Shown here: positions 42,693 to 57,022 of the stretch, piece after piece
How positions within the stretch are numbered: position 1 is the stretch's first letter
Layout: every line of letters starts with the position of its first letter
DNA from: Octopus vulgaris
Lineage: Eukaryota
DNA length: 64,000 nt
Direction of reading: 5' to 3'
Assembly (NCBI GenBank): GCA_951406725.2
Contig: OX597823.1
Coordinates: 106,082,001-106,146,000, forward strand
Made by a program: the position numbers and the translations under genes
Notes under the pieces: model-generated
What the model saw: only the letters and a program-made list of their open reading frames with translations
What the model was told of the DNA's origin: nothing
Databases searched by the model: none

Positions 42693-43974
42693 TAGCACAT
42701 ATGCACACACGAAGAGATGTTTATCATCCCACATAATACACACACCCACAAATGCACAGTGCCTCACAAACACACACACACTTACGCATATATATACATA
42801 TATATATACACGCTTATACATATATGTTAATATATATATATATATACACATGTTATATACGTATGTAAATATACTAATTTACGTATATGTGAGCGTGTTT
42901 GTACGCATGTTTGTGTTGTGTATGTGCGTGTACGTGTGTGTGTATGTGTGTATTTATGTGTAACATAAAACACTCCACAGAGTTATTGATTGACGAGACT
43001 GAATTTATTTGTATATACATAGTTAAATGAAAAGCAATCATTGAAATAAATCGATCGCTGTGTGAGTGTACATGTGTGTGTTCGTATGTGTATGTATGTG
43101 TGTAAAGGTATGTCCATGTATGTGCATGCGTATGAGTGTGTAAGTATATTTAGGTGATACGAGACTGTGTGGCTTTCTGTGTATGTGAATATGTATTCTG
43201 CGGACACCCATTTATACATAATTCTGCTTAAAAACCCGTACTTGATATCTACACGCAAACATATATCTTTGCATACACAGATACAAGATTTGTGTACGTG
43301 TGTGTGTATTTGTGTGTGTGCGCGCATGCACAGAAAATAAATACAAGAAAAATAGGTTCTGCTTAATGTGCGCATCATTTGAGCATGTTTAAATGGATGC
43401 GTTTATATGTGAATAATGAGAATATGTTTTTATGCTTTTAGGTTTCTGTAAGTGAATATTTTATCATAAACAGACTCAAATTTATATTAATTAATATTAT
43501 TTAACATTAATTAATTTACTGTGTGCATGTAAACTAAAATGTACTTTTGATTTAAGGTTTTAATTTTTGATTTATAATCTTATTATTTATACCACCGATT
43601 CTTAAAAGGAGCCCTTACTTGAAACGACCAACAAAATGAAACCAAATTGAAATGTTTGTCTGTCAATGTAAGTTCCATGATGTATTTATAAATATAACGT
43701 TAAGTCTTGTCCCATTCTCAATCACAACTGTCCGACGAACGAGAATGTGAAACTCCGAGTAGCGGTTTTTTGAGATATTTTTTGTGATGTTTTTGCAGCT
43801 TTATTAATAAAGCATATTACTCTAACTCCTGTATTCGAGTACTATTTTCCCCCACATTGTTTCACATTTATGTGCTTACTCTGGTGTATACATACATACA
43901 TACATACACACACACACATACATACATGCATACATACATACATACATACATACATACATACATACATACATACA

Positions 43975-44008
<34 letters not shown>

Positions 44009-44020
44009 CATACGTACATA

Positions 44021-46153
44021 CGAGGATTACGTTCCTAGAGCACACCCGTATATCGGACGTGGCCCATAAAAATGCCTATAAATGTCAAAATATAACGTAA
44101 AATATTATATATATATATATATATATATAAAATATTTAATGATAATTTAAAAAGTAAAATGTACGGTTACTCACCAATAATGAATGATTGATTTAAGAAG
44201 GTGATGAAAATAATGAAGGTAATGACTGCACAGCAAAGAAGATTTAAATCTCTTCAGGTGACGCCTCTTCTTCAGGTGTTTTAGTGGATGTCGTATCTTC
44301 CTGCCAGGCTTTCTTGGTGGGCTTCAGGAACATTGTGATGGGAAGTTGCTGTCGCTGTTTCTTCATGGTGGTGGGGAGGGTTTTATATGTCTGGATGGCA
44401 ACATCGATAGTATTTTTAAATTGGAGAGGCCGAACCATATAGGTATCCCATGATTCCGCCTTTCCTTGCAATTCCGTTGCTGTCCTTAAAAGGTTGGACA
44501 AACGTTCGATCTCTTCCTCTGGATCTAGCGCTTCCTCCTCCTCTTCGCTGGCAGAGTCTGTTAACTCCGACAAATCTTCGTCTGTCAGGGTTTCAGAGTG
44601 GGCATCGATGAGATTGTTGACCTCTTCTTACGTGATGTCATCAAAATCATCGCCTCCAAATACCTTTGCCTGTTTCACCACATTGTTGACAGCCTCGTTC
44701 TGAATATCTTCAGGTGAGAAGCCCTCGTAGTTCTGGACGCACTGTGACCACACCTTCCAGCATACGATATGAATTACTTTTTCATGTCTTTAAGAGCTTG
44801 GACTCCCTCGATTCAAATCCAAAGTGTGACCACCATGATTATCCATAACAATCAACACCTTGAATTCTATGCATACGTGTTGGAGGTATTCCTTGGCTTG
44901 AAGGATGAAGCATTAATGGAACCAATTCAAAGTTAGACTTTTGAGGTTGGGAATCCAGTGGACAGGCAGCAGGTTTTTATTCCTATTTTTGAAGGCCCTC
45001 GGGTTCGTTGACTGGTTTTACCATGAAGCCAGCAGCATTGCCACACATAATTAGCGTCTCTCTGTCCTTCTGCACCTTAAATCCTGAGGCTCGAGCTTTG
45101 TCCTTCATTATGTACGTTCTGGAAGGTATTTTCTTCCAGAAAAAGCCAGTCCTTTCCACATTGAAAACCAGTACCGTCATGTATCCCTTGTCCTCGATGA
45201 TCTGCCTTGAAGGTCTCAAGGTACTTCTTGACGGATTCTTTGTCGCCTGATACTGTCTCTCTGTACAGGGAAACACACTTTATTTTAAACCGTTTCTGGA
45301 AACGGTCAAATCGTCCCTTGGCGACTTGAAAATCTTTGGGCTCCGGTGCTGTCAGTGGTCTTAGTACTTCGATGCCTTCTGCTCCGTCTCCTCTGTCGAA
45401 CTGCTGGTATGATTTCCGCGCTTTCTCGCGGAAGATGTTACCACTTAAAGGAATGTTTTTCTTCTTGCAGTTACTGGTCCTCAATGCCAAGGTAGATTCC
45501 ATCCTGACAAAGTGCTTATTATTCACTGTCGTTATCTTTTTGGCACTTTCATAGAAAATTATTTCTACGGTAGACCTGATCGCCACCTCGTTCTTCTTTA
45601 TGTAGCGTATAGTGCTTTCTTTTACAACATAACAGCGACCTTCTGCAGCATACCTTTTACCTTCCTGGGGCATATTCAGCAGTTGTACCTTCTCATGGAA
45701 CGTCATAACTTTTTTCTCGCGCTTAGGTCCACAGCCAGAAGCCTTAGAAGGTGTAGGACGTTTGGGTGGCATCTTAGGGCTTTAATAACATTCTACGAAA
45801 AACACAACACTCAACAAAACACTCGAGATAGCTACTGGATTGGATACAGTTTTCCCCCCAAAAGACGTACAATAAACATCTTCCTAGCGTCTAATATGCG
45901 CATAGCACCAATAGGAGGTTCAGTAGAGAATAATCATGGTTTTGAAAAATTTACTTTGTATTATCACTAGATACAGTAATCTATACTATAACAATAATTA
46001 TAATAGGAGAGAGAGAGAGGGGGAGTGGGGGAGAAATTGTCACGAAAGAAGTAATAAAATGTTACGGACGATATTTACGATTCTGCGGTGGTTTCCGCGA
46101 ACAGTTATTCGTTCCGCAAATAACCGGGACCGCGAATAAGCGGGGGTACACTG
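44021..46153 (-). mobile_element. Tigger/pogo-family DNA transposon with decayed transposase (45772 to 44244)
   Basis: MPPKR...KKVMTFHEKVQLL...ESTIRYIKKNE (HTH/CENP-B-like), KGRFDRFQKRF, VFNVERTGFFWKKIPSRTY, KDRETLIMCGNAAG, acidic tail and KKQRQQLPITMF. End TA-CAGTGTACCCCCGCTTATTCGCGG at 46153. The other end appears eroded into (TACA)n. Confidence 0.92.
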
Positions 46154-46239
46154 TAATTAAATATATATATATATACACACATATGTGTATGTATGTATGT
46201 ATGTATGTATGTATGTATGTATGTATGTATGTATGTATG

Positions 46240-46291
<52 letters not shown>

Positions 46292-46318
46292 CATATATAT
46301 ATATACATATATGCATGT

Positions 46319-46385
<67 letters not shown>

Positions 46386-47584
46386 ATATATTTATAAATA
46401 TATATATATATCCGTAGATATACATATGTGTGTGTGTACGTGTGTGTGTGTGTGTCTGTACGTGTGTGGATGCCTGTTAGAGTGAATGTACAAAAACAGA
46501 TGGGCACGTGTGGCACGAATTTGTGTGTGAAAGACACTGCGCGAACATGTCATAAGGATTGCCGGAAAGTGTCTGTAGTGAAACAGGGCTCGTGGGGTCG
46601 GAGCTAAAATCTTGTCTCCTGCCTCATTTTAAGTTTTTTATTTTGTTTTGTGAACTGTATTACCATTCGTATTATCATTCGATTTCATTGTAAATTTTAA
46701 AACTCATTTTGTGTGTCTAACCCAAAATCAGGCTGTATTGTCCCCTCTATGTTAGCCCCGTGTGAGCAATAAAAAACCCCAGTTATAGGACAAGGTGTAA
46801 TATTGTGATATTACATAATTTTACATTGTTGCATAACCGAACCATTTCACCAGTTAATATCTAGCCTTTTATCGGCAAGGTCCTTCTGAATCACGAAGAG
46901 AAATATATTTGTAGATAAAAGCACTGAAAGTAAGATTCGTTTAAGGAAAAACTATAAAAAATGTACAAGATTTACAAAGGGTAAGGGGTAGTTAGAATTA
47001 TATCCAATCAATTCACCAAACTTGCAAAGGAAGCAAAATCGGTGAGTGCAGATTTGACAAGCAAGTGCTAAATACGACCGTACCATTTAACAGATGAATA
47101 CTAAAAGGTGATCAAAGAACGCTTACGGCAATATATTATTTGACAAGTCAACATGATAGCATTATAGGTTCCTTTGTACATCTATGCGGTCAAAATTTGA
47201 CGCCTCTTCACAGACAATGTTTAACATGCTAGAGATAAAGGTATGTCATAAATCAAAATATATTCATCAAATGTTCTGCTTATTATAGGCGCAAACATAT
47301 ACGCAAACATATCATCACAGACACACTCACATTCCTGTACACACACACACACATATACATAATTCTCTTTAGAATTTTGCTATTTTAAATGGGTAATACA
47401 ACCATGGATTTATGAATTTCACTGGTGATGGACTTCGACCTCGGCTTTTGATTTCCGATTAGTTGGAGTACAATATCGATCCCAAGACTATTTTGTTAGA
47501 CTGGTGTATTTTCATCTGCAGAGGGTTTTCGAAATATTTCGCCTGGATTAATATCCCTTATTAACCCCACCCTCGTTTTACTAT

Positions 47585-47846
47585 TCTTTTAGTTGTTTCA
47601 GTCATTTGTCTGCGGCCAGCCTGGAGCACCGCCTTTAGCCGAGCAAAACGACCCCGAAACTTATTCTTTGTAAGCCTAGTACTTATTCTATCCGTCTCCT
47701 GTGTCGAACCGCTAAGTTACAGGGACGTAAACGCGCCAGCATCGGTTGTCAAGCGCTGTGTGGGGTGGCAAACACAAACACACAAACATATGCATACACA
47801 TACATACATACCTATATACATACATATATAGGTATGTATATATATT

Positions 47847-47918
<72 letters not shown>

Positions 47919-48092
47919 GATGTACATATACGACGGGCTTTTTTCAGTTTCCGTCTACCAAATCCACTCACAAGGCTCAGGTTGACCCGAGGCTATAGAA
48001 GAAGACGCTTGCCCAAGGTACCACGCGGAGAGACTGAACCCGGAACCATATGGTTGGTAAGCAAGTTACTTACCACACAGCCACTTCTGCGC
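47585..48092 (-). mobile_element. SINE family B, full length with internal TA/TG/CA tract
   Basis: Tail, body, microsatellite and head (taccacacagccac) are all present. Confidence 0.9.
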
Positions 48093-48104
48093 ATTTCACC
48101 TGTA

Positions 48105-48300
48105 TCAGTTATTTGACTGCGGCCATGCTGAGGCACCGCGTAGAAGGATTTTAGTCAAACAAATCTACCCCGGTACATATTTTTTAAAAATCTAGTACTT
48201 ATTTTATAAATCACTTTTGCTGAACCGCTAGGTTACGAGGACGTAAACACACCAACACCGGTTGTCAAGTGTTGGTAAGGGAATAAGACAGACACAAACA
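48105..48300 (-). mobile_element. SINE family B, 3' half
   Basis: tttgactgcggccatgctg...gaaccgctaggttacgaggacgtaaacacaccaacaccggttgtcaag. Confidence 0.8.
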
Positions 48301-48370
48301 CGGGCACAAATGTATACACACGCACATGCATGTATGTGTGTGTGTATATATATATATATATGTATATATA

Positions 48371-48416
<46 letters not shown>

Positions 48417-48576
48417 TCACCTCACGCACACACACCCAGGACCATGCTAATAGCTTAGGAGTGAAATTTACGATTTCTAGGTCTTCTGGTAATCGATTTT
48501 GATAAAAAAATTTCCCAGTTGGTTTGCACACATCATGTTTTCATTATTCTGCGTGAAGTAAGGTCAGAATCTTTTG

Positions 48577-48715
48577 TGAGTTCAAATTCCGCCGAGGTTG
48601 ACTTTGCTTTTCATCTTTTCGGGGTCGATAAATTAAGTACCAGTTGCGTAGTGGCGTCGATCTAATCGACTGGCCACCTCCTCAGAAATTTCGGGCCTTG
48701 TGCCTAAAGTAGAAA
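48577..48715 (+). mobile_element. SINE family A, 5'-truncated
   Basis: gagttcaaattccgccgagg...ggggtcgataaattaagtaccagttg...ggccttgtgcctaaagtagaaa. Confidence 0.85.
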
Positions 48716-48732
48716 AACGATTATTCTGTGTA

Positions 48733-49878
48733 TAGTCCTTTCTTTTTGGGGTGAACCAAGCTAATTGATTTTGAATGGAAATAGCCCATCTAGACATTTT
48801 TTTCAGGAAATGAAGGGCAACGATAAATATTAAGCATACATTGAGTATATATTTAACAGAAAACCATAATTATAACATTCATTGACATAGTGAATGGCCA
48901 CATGAGCGCCATTTCGACGGAAAACTTCAGAAACCTGTCAATATCTTATTAGTAGCAAGTTGAACTGCCTCTGCTGCAGCTTTGATGGTCACCCATAAGA
49001 CATCTTTCGACGTAAATTGGCGTCCATCGATAGGGTCGAGATCAGAGATGCTGGCGGTCACACCATCAACCGTTCACCTTGTCTGCCGTAAGACCCTAGG
49101 AATGTTTGGCTGGTCCTGGTAGAGTGGGAGGGAGCGTTGTCATGCATGAATACGAGATTCCTTAGAAGTGACAGCGATATGTGATCTAGCCAGGGATCCA
49201 AGACCTCCTTCAGGAGTTTGCAGTAGTCGGCTGCCGTCACTTTGACTCCTTCAGGCACCTTGACTGGGCCAACAAGACTGACCCCAATGATACCAGCCCA
49301 GAACATGACTCCTCCACCCTGTTGTTCACATCATAAACGTTGGTGACGCTCATCTCCAAAATAGACCCAATCGTTTTCCCAAACGTCAGGTCCGTCAAGA
49401 GTCGCCCTGGTTTCGTCAGTGAACAAAACACAACTCATGCGTAACGTCAGGTACTTTTGGGCCCATTGAAACCTCAAATTCCTGTGACGCGGGGTTAAAG
49501 GAGTCAGTTTCAAGGGTTCTCGCACGGAAGTCATGGTCCCGATTTCTGGTGATTTTCGGTACATGAGGAAGTCCAGAGGCGGTGTTTGTTCAGGTTTTCC
49601 ACGTAACTTGCGGCCAATATTCCTTAAATACCTGGCTGTCATAGTCTTGGAGGTTCCACAATTGGATCGTTTCTTCCTTGGTAAAGGGTCCATCATGAAT
49701 CCTCTAACTGTGTCCACACAATGACCTAACTTCTCCACAATGACATGAAGAGAAGTGTCTTTAACACTTTCCTTAATGATAACAGACTTTTCTTCATCGT
49801 CAAGGCCTTTTCCATGTCCCATTGTTCTTAGAGGGGAGAGACACTATTAGCGTGGTTCACCCAAAAGGAAGATACGTA
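48733..49878 (-). mobile_element. Tc1-family transposon with frameshifted transposase and imperfect TIRs of about 30 bp
   Basis: MGHGKGL..., PLTPRHRNLRFQWAQKY, VLFTDE, MFWAGI, FMHDNAPSH, and a PPAS.DLDPI remnant. TIRs tagtcctttctttttggggtgaaccaagcta (48733) and tagcgtggttcacccaaaaggaagatacgta (49848-49878). Confidence 0.92.
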
Positions 49879-50102
49879 GAACAAGGTGTACAAACCATAG
49901 TGTGCAAACCAGCTGTGAAAAGTTTTATGAAAATTGATTCACGGAAATACGAAAAATATTTAAATCAGGTAAAATTGGAATATAGTCGTCTTTTAAATAA
50001 AACTTAGACATATATGATATAGTTTATATGTTTGTGTGTGTGTGCGTGTGTGTGCATACACACGCATAACACACATATATATAAACTCTGACACATACAT
50101 GC

Positions 50103-50153
<51 letters not shown>

Positions 50154-50194
50154 TGATGATGATGATGATGATGATGATAATGATGATGATGATG

Positions 50195-50265
<71 letters not shown>

Positions 50266-50973
50266 CGGAAGCACTATTTCATTATTATATATATTTTTGT
50301 CCATAAATTCTGCCATCATTAATAAACACGAGTTAAGATCTAATTTCTCACAGAAATGTATTCTGTTATTGCTTTCAAAATGGCAGTCATAACTTTCAGC
50401 GAGATCGATAGCTTCTATCGACTGACGTCATAATCTGGACTTAACTATCGTAATTGAATACATTTCGAAGATTACATGCAGATTAGAAGGAAAAGAAAAT
50501 TAAAGAAAAAGATATAATGCAAGAACGATAGGAGTGAAGTAAGAAGAAAAGAGACGAAGAATGAAAGGAGAAAGAAATAAAGATAGGAAATAAAAGATGG
50601 ATGGATAGAAGGAAAGACGAAGAGGAAAGAGAGGGAGAGATAGACAGACAGACAGAGAGGGCGACAGAGGGAGATCGAGAAGAAGAGATAGAAAAAGATA
50701 GGGGTGAGTTCGGAATATAATTGATTTGTCAATTGACTAAAATAAGTAGCAAAGCATTAAGTGTGTTTTTGAAAAGTTTTACATCGAAGTTAGAACGATA
50801 GTCAATTATAGACATTTTGCTTTTCGCTTATCAAAAGATGTGAAAACGTCTCCATCACTGAAATTGCAGCTACTTTAGTGATTCGTATTTTGTTGTTTAT
50901 TTGAAATTAGTCTTATCGTTTGTAATGCATAACAAAGTATATGTACATGTATATGTATTATGTAAGTATATAT

Positions 50974-51044
<71 letters not shown>

Positions 51045-51293
51045 CATTTTCGAATGTGTTTGTATATATATATATATATATATATACATACAGGGTTGTC
51101 TAAAAGTCACCAGCCAGTAAATCAAACCAATAGGCTTGTATCGCAAATATGTAGGAAAAATAAACACTACCCCGAAACTTGTGACCCGAAAAAATGATGC
51201 GGTATATTGTAATCATACACAAATTTAGGCAAATAGGAAAACCAGAATGTTAAGAATACAACCAAACTGTCCATGCATTATAAAGGAAGTCTA

Positions 51294-51458
51294 GGCGCAG
51301 GAATGGCTGTGCGGTAAGAAGCTTGCTTCTCAACCACATGGTTCCAGGTTCAGTCTCACTGCGTAAAACTTTGGGCAAGTGTCTTCTACTATATCCTCGG
51401 GCCGACCAAAGCTTTGTGAGTGGATTTGGTAGACGGAAACTGAAAGAAGCCCGTTGTA
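51294..51458 (+). mobile_element. SINE family B, 5' half
   Basis: ggcgcaggaatggctgtgcggtaagaagcttgcttctcaaccacatggttcc...gacggaaactgaaagaagcccg. Confidence 0.9.
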
Positions 51459-51470
51459 TAATATATATTA

Positions 51471-51644
51471 AAGGCGGCGAGCTGGCAGAATTTTTCTGAG
51501 TTCAGATTCCACCGAGGTCGACTTTGCCCTTCATCTTATAATAGAAAGGATTATAAAGAGCTCTGTTTCTGAAACACTTCACATAGGTGCGCAGAATGTT
51601 CTCGGCCGAATTTGAACTCAGAACACAATGACGAAATACCGTAA

Positions 51645-51701
<57 letters not shown>

Positions 51702-51779
51702 TATTATCATCATTATTTTTTATTAAAAATTTTTTTTTTTGCCCGGCAATGTTAACGATTCTACCAGCTCGCCGCCTTT
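51471..51779. mobile_element. Two SINE family A fragments in inverted orientation, the second interrupted by (TTA)n
   Basis: aaggcggcgagctggcagaat (+, 51471) and attctaccagctcgccgcctt (-, ends 51779). Confidence 0.8.
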
Positions 51780-52012
51780 TAGAGCGATAATATATTTAAA
51801 TGTATAAATACCGAAAATGAAAAACAACAAAAAACAAAAAAAAAAAAACTAGAAAATATGTATTAGACATGAATATACATACAAATATAGATACATCTAT
51901 GTGTGTGTGTGTATTTCACCAAGAAATCATTTTTTCTCCTTAATAGTAAATTCCTCAGAGGCAAAATGTGAATATAAGTACATATATGTATATGTATGTA
52001 TGTATATATATA

Positions 52013-52043
<31 letters not shown>

Positions 52044-52046
<3 letters not shown>

Positions 52047-52096
52047 CTTCCTGAAGATTTCATCTGAATGAAACAGTTCTAGTCGTGTAGAAGCTC
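52044..52096 (+). ncRNA. Type I hammerhead ribozyme motif (family H4), intact core
   Basis: gagcttc-CTGAAGA-tttca(tc)tgaat-GAAAC-agttctagtcgt-GTA-gaagctc. Perfect 7-bp stem I and a GUA site. Confidence 0.8.
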
Positions 52097-52169
52097 CTTC
52101 TATAAAATAAAAAAAAAAATATATATATATAAATATGTGTGTGTGTGTGTGTGTGTACATATATATACA

Positions 52170-52201
<32 letters not shown>

Positions 52202-53168
52202 CGAGCAAAACGCCCCCACTCCGTCCAATGGACAGTGCTGAGTTGTCAAACATTTAAACCAAATTTTCTCAATTCAACTTGTCCGACCGTCCCATAGGCC
52301 TCCCCTTTGAGAAACACTGATTTAACCTAAGTTGCCCGGGTATGTAAGAAACTTAGTCGATAAGCAATGCCCTTTACCTTTTTGCCCTTTTTTGTACTCA
52401 TTGAACCGTTATTTTGTAAAATGAAGCCTAAAAGGCATTAAGGCATTCAATGCACCGTTCCCTTGCATGCATGAAGAAAATCTATGACAGTCAAAGTGCA
52501 TTTTCTGGTTTTGTTTAGCACACCCAACCCAGTTCTGCGGGATCAGTGTCGCGACGGGAACGCATGGGTTGGGAGTTTGACAGGCAGAGGTGAAAAGGTT
52601 GCACATGCCGGCCCTTTTGACACCGCCAAGTCTAGCGAAAGGGGGCTCGGGAGCCTCTAGTAGCCAACGACTAATCACCATCTAGTCCTTTCCCTCTAGG
52701 GAACGAAGGCGCTCTCGCTGTGAATTTCAAAAAAAATTCCTGCCAATTTGTCGAAAATATGTCATCTTGAATTTGAACGCGATTTCCCAAAATGGCATGA
52801 TTTTATCGATTTTTTCTGACGGTAACGTATTGCATGGAAAACTAACGTCAGAATTAAGTTCCTTAGGGTAACATTAAGCTTCACCATGAGTTTGATGAAA
52901 ATCGATTGCAAGTTGCGAAAACTACAACGGAAAATGTATTGCATATGATAAGCTTAGATTCTCGACCCCATGTCGAATTTATCGATTTTTTTCAGAACTT
53001 GGGGAACTTTTCAAAATTTTCGCTGCGTTATGACATTGGGCTATGTGTGTGTCAAGTTTCATCAGAATCGGTTGAAAGCCGTGGTCAGGGTAAGGGTACA
53101 ACCTGAGAGACACACAGATAGACAGACAGACACACAGACAGACAAACTGCCTTTTATATATAGAGAGA
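52202..53168 (-). mobile_element. Non-autonomous Helitron
   Basis: Minus strand 5' TCTCTCTATATATAAAAG with (gtct)n and ccgattctgatgaaacttg. The 3' about 95 bp is shared with 10490-10577, including the gtccattggac hairpin and CTCG end. Inserted at A|T. Confidence 0.8.
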
Positions 53169-53352
53169 TATACACAACAAGAAATGATATTTGTCTCTTT
53201 TTACAGAAACAAAGGGGATTATAGGACCGCAAAAGAAGTGCTCAAATGTAAATGAGACGAAAATAAAGAAATATTGATTATAAAACAAACATTAAATTCG
53301 AGACAACGACTTCATATATAACACCATACCTCAAACATTTAATCACATATAA

Positions 53353-53783
53353 ATATCACCATGGTTCTGAAACTCATACAAAATACATATACATAAAAAC
53401 ACAGACAGTAAAAATATATATTCGAATAAAATAAAATAAAATACAAACAGAACGGCCTATCAAACCATACAGAATGTGAATTTGACCTGTGGAAGTCCGT
53501 TTATTTGTGAACTTTGGACGTACTTGTTTGAGGGGAGTAAAATTACTTCTTTCAAATATTTAAAAAACATATTTTTAATCGCTTGATAAAAATTTTGGAT
53601 ATTTATTTATTTTATTTTATCTTTGTCAATTAGTTTATGGTAGTTTACGAATTTATAGTCGTTTATATTCACTTTTTTTATAAGCCGTTCTATTTGTATT
53701 TTATTTTATCTTATTCGTATATATATTTATACGTTTTGTGTTTTTATGTATATGTATTTTTTATAAGTTTAAAAACCATGGTG

Positions 53784-53787
<4 letters not shown>
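53353..53787. repeat. Fold-back (MITE-like) element with imperfect inverted arms of about 140 bp
   Basis: atatcaccatggtt...aatacatatacataaaaacac...cgaataa...aatacaaacagaacggc pairs with gccgttctatttgtatt...ttattcg...gtgtttttatgtatatgtatt...aaccatggtgatat. Confidence 0.85.
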
Positions 53788-53870
<83 letters not shown>

Positions 53871-53871
53871 C

Positions 53872-54080
53872 ACGAGGGGTTCTGAAAAGTCCCTCGCTTT
53901 AAGGATGTCGCAAAAGGCCTGTTGAACGTCCAAACTTCTGAGCTCTTTTAGAGAGTTTAGAAAAACTGAAGGACCACTGCAGTAAGTACACGAATCTGAG
54001 AGAAGAATATGTTGCATAAAATCATAATTAACTGGCCCTCTTGTATTTTCTTTTACCTGAAGCCAGGAACTTTTCAGCAA
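53872..54080 (+). mobile_element. Mariner-derived MITE
   Basis: Left cgaggggttctgaaaagtccctcgcttt and partial right aaagccaggaacttttcagca. Internal cactgcagtaagtac...gaatatgttgcataa resembles a mariner C-terminus. Confidence 0.65.
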
Positions 54081-55247
54081 TGAGCTTGGGTCATGATATA
54101 CATCAACAGCTATAAAGGTACACTACATCCCATATTGTCTATACATTATTTCATCGCTTTGTGGCTCTGCGCCAGATCAGGCTCTGCTTAGATCGACCTA
54201 GCATATCTACCTGTGCCATATACTGTAAAATATTCTTTTATGTTTTAATCCTGTTGTTCTTATATTGTTACTTTATATTTTGGGGCATTTCATCTTTATT
54301 TGCTTTTGTAATTCTTACTATTACTGGGCGCACACTTATATACATATACCTTCGTAATGACATTTTGTTTCATTAAATCATATATTCTAGATCCATATAT
54401 TCATATATTGAACATTTCTTTCTCTTATTCGATCGACATAATCAGAGTTTACATGCATGCATGTGTGTGTGTCTGTCTGTTTATCTGTCTGCCTGTTTGT
54501 TTGTCTGTATGAATAGATAGAGTGATATGTGTACATATGTGCGTATGTATATGTGCGTACATATATAAGTTTATAAAGCGCTAAACGGTAGACAAGCTCG
54601 TATGCATGGCAGTATATAATTCATATAATTTCTAAAAGATGTTGCGTAAATATAAGCATAGATATATTTGGCGAAGAAGAAAGAATTCATGGAAAAATTT
54701 CTTTACAGCTGTTTCAGACAGTCAGAAATTTTGACGTTGATATAATGTATTATGCGAATATGTGTGTATGCTGATGCAAATATACTATTCAAACACGTAG
54801 AACTTATACATTATAATACATTAACTTAATCATTTTGCCACTCCTCTTTCTGAAGAAAAAATTAGTACTTCAATGCTTTTTGTTAGATTATATGAATGCA
54901 TAATGCTTTTATGTTAATATTTCTACTTTTCGAAATGTATTATTACATTAGTATGCGCACCATGCCGCGCCAAACTGGTTACTACACCAATATTCGTTGT
55001 ATTTTTGAAAGAGCTGCAAAGATTTTCAAGGATATAATACTTTTCTTCGCCAAACACACCTGTGGCTAATTTTACAACATTTTTAAATTGTGGAAATGAT
55101 ATAATTCTGTTTATCAGTGCTTGTCGGTTTTTCATTTCTTTCTTACACGGTCAAGTTATGCATTTCTTATTGCCAACCTGTTGCTCCACGGAATTCTTTT
55201 TACGTTGATTATCAGGTTCGCACCCCCACCACAAACATAGAAATATA

Positions 55248-55278
<31 letters not shown>

Positions 55279-55307
55279 GTATATAATATATATGTATATA
55301 TATATAA

Positions 55308-55354
<47 letters not shown>

Positions 55355-55418
55355 ATATAAATATAAATATATATATATATATTTATATATATATGTATAT
55401 ATATATATATATATATAA

Positions 55419-55477
<59 letters not shown>

Positions 55478-55846
55478 TGAGTAAAGATCATTTACTACCA
55501 TGTTTCTAATTGATGAGATTCACCTCTCTGTCTATATACCTACCCTCTTTGTAATGTTGGAAAATGGAATAAGTATAAAAATGAATAGTGTCAATTTAAT
55601 TTTAAAAATTCCATATGTGGCTGAAGATTGCTCTACATTTTAAAACTGATGTAATACTTACATTGTTTAATTAAATGAAGTAGCATGAAACGATTGTACT
55701 GCACTACCTTTGGATATCCTTGTTGCTTATTTTGATTATAATCACCCAATTTGATTTATATGGATAATACCATACCAAATTCTGGTGCCTTTAACTTAAG
55801 TACCATATTCATCTGAATCTAAATTTTTACTGAACTTATGTATATA

Positions 55847-55899
<53 letters not shown>

Positions 55900-56349
55900 G
55901 CATATTCAACATATTATGTAATCTGTACATGTGTACATACAAACACACGTACACGCATTCTGCTGTAAAGTAATAGTAATTTATTGATTAAAGAAGCTGA
56001 CAAAGTGTGTTATATATGCAAATTAGTGTATTCAGTTCACATAAGCTTCTACTAAGTAGAATCTCCGTAGATAGCTAAAGTGGTTACACATTCGCTGTCA
56101 CACAGGATTAAAACATGTCCGACTGCTCTTGCGTTTGGAGTCCTCGAAGATATTGAATGTAGAAACAAAACGCTTACACTTCTTTATTCATAAAATGGCG
56201 GCTAAAAATCTATACCTACATTGTACAGTAGAGTATTGTACACACATCTACATAGATACATAGATACATACATAGACACATACATACATACATACATACA
56301 TAGATACATACATACATACATTCCTACGTACGTACGTACATACATATAT

Positions 56350-56627
56350 ATCACGGGATCACCGTGACCGACCAGGCTATCAAATGTTGTTACACATCGC
56401 TGGTCACAATGCGCTGCGCATTGTTTTAGCCTTCGAATGACGCCACACCGCTGGAGAGAAAATTGTGACGAAAGAGTACAGCAGGGATCACCACCACCCC
56501 CTCCCGGAGCCGCGTGAAGCTTTAGGTGTTTTCGCTCAATAAACACTCACAACGCTCGGTCTGGGAATCGAAACCGCGATCCTACAACCGCGAGGCCGCT
56601 GCCCTACCCACTGGACCATTGCGCCTC

Positions 56628-56628
<1 letters not shown>
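56350..56628 (-). mobile_element. tRNA-derived SINE, family D
   Basis: Minus strand ggaggcgcaatggtccagtgggtaggg (A box), ggtttcgattccc (B box), tttattgagcgaaaacacctaaagc, and tail ggtcacggtgatcccgtgata. Confidence 0.8.
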
Positions 56629-56675
<47 letters not shown>

Positions 56676-57022
56676 AGCATATATGTATTTCTTTATCACT
56701 CTCTATCTATCTATCTCTGTGTATACATATATACATATGGCGATGCATAAAAATATATATACATATATATACAACGTACGTACTTACATGCATAGGCACA
56801 TGCATGCAAGCAAATATCTAGGCACATTTGAAAGAGTATCACAGAGCAACGTCTGTGGAAATTCAAAACATTCTTTGCCAGTGATTTTCTCGTATAGTTT
56901 CAAATGTATTTTGCTCTGCTCATCTGTTTTAGCCTATTCTCCACTATCTGAGACATGGTACGTGTATATATATATATATGTATATGCACTTGCGTATGAA
57001 CATATGTGTGTGTGTGTGCGTG

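Noticed and set aside
51090-51120. Tc1-like TIR start tacagggttgtctaaaagtc
   Set aside because: No partner TIR or transposase found.
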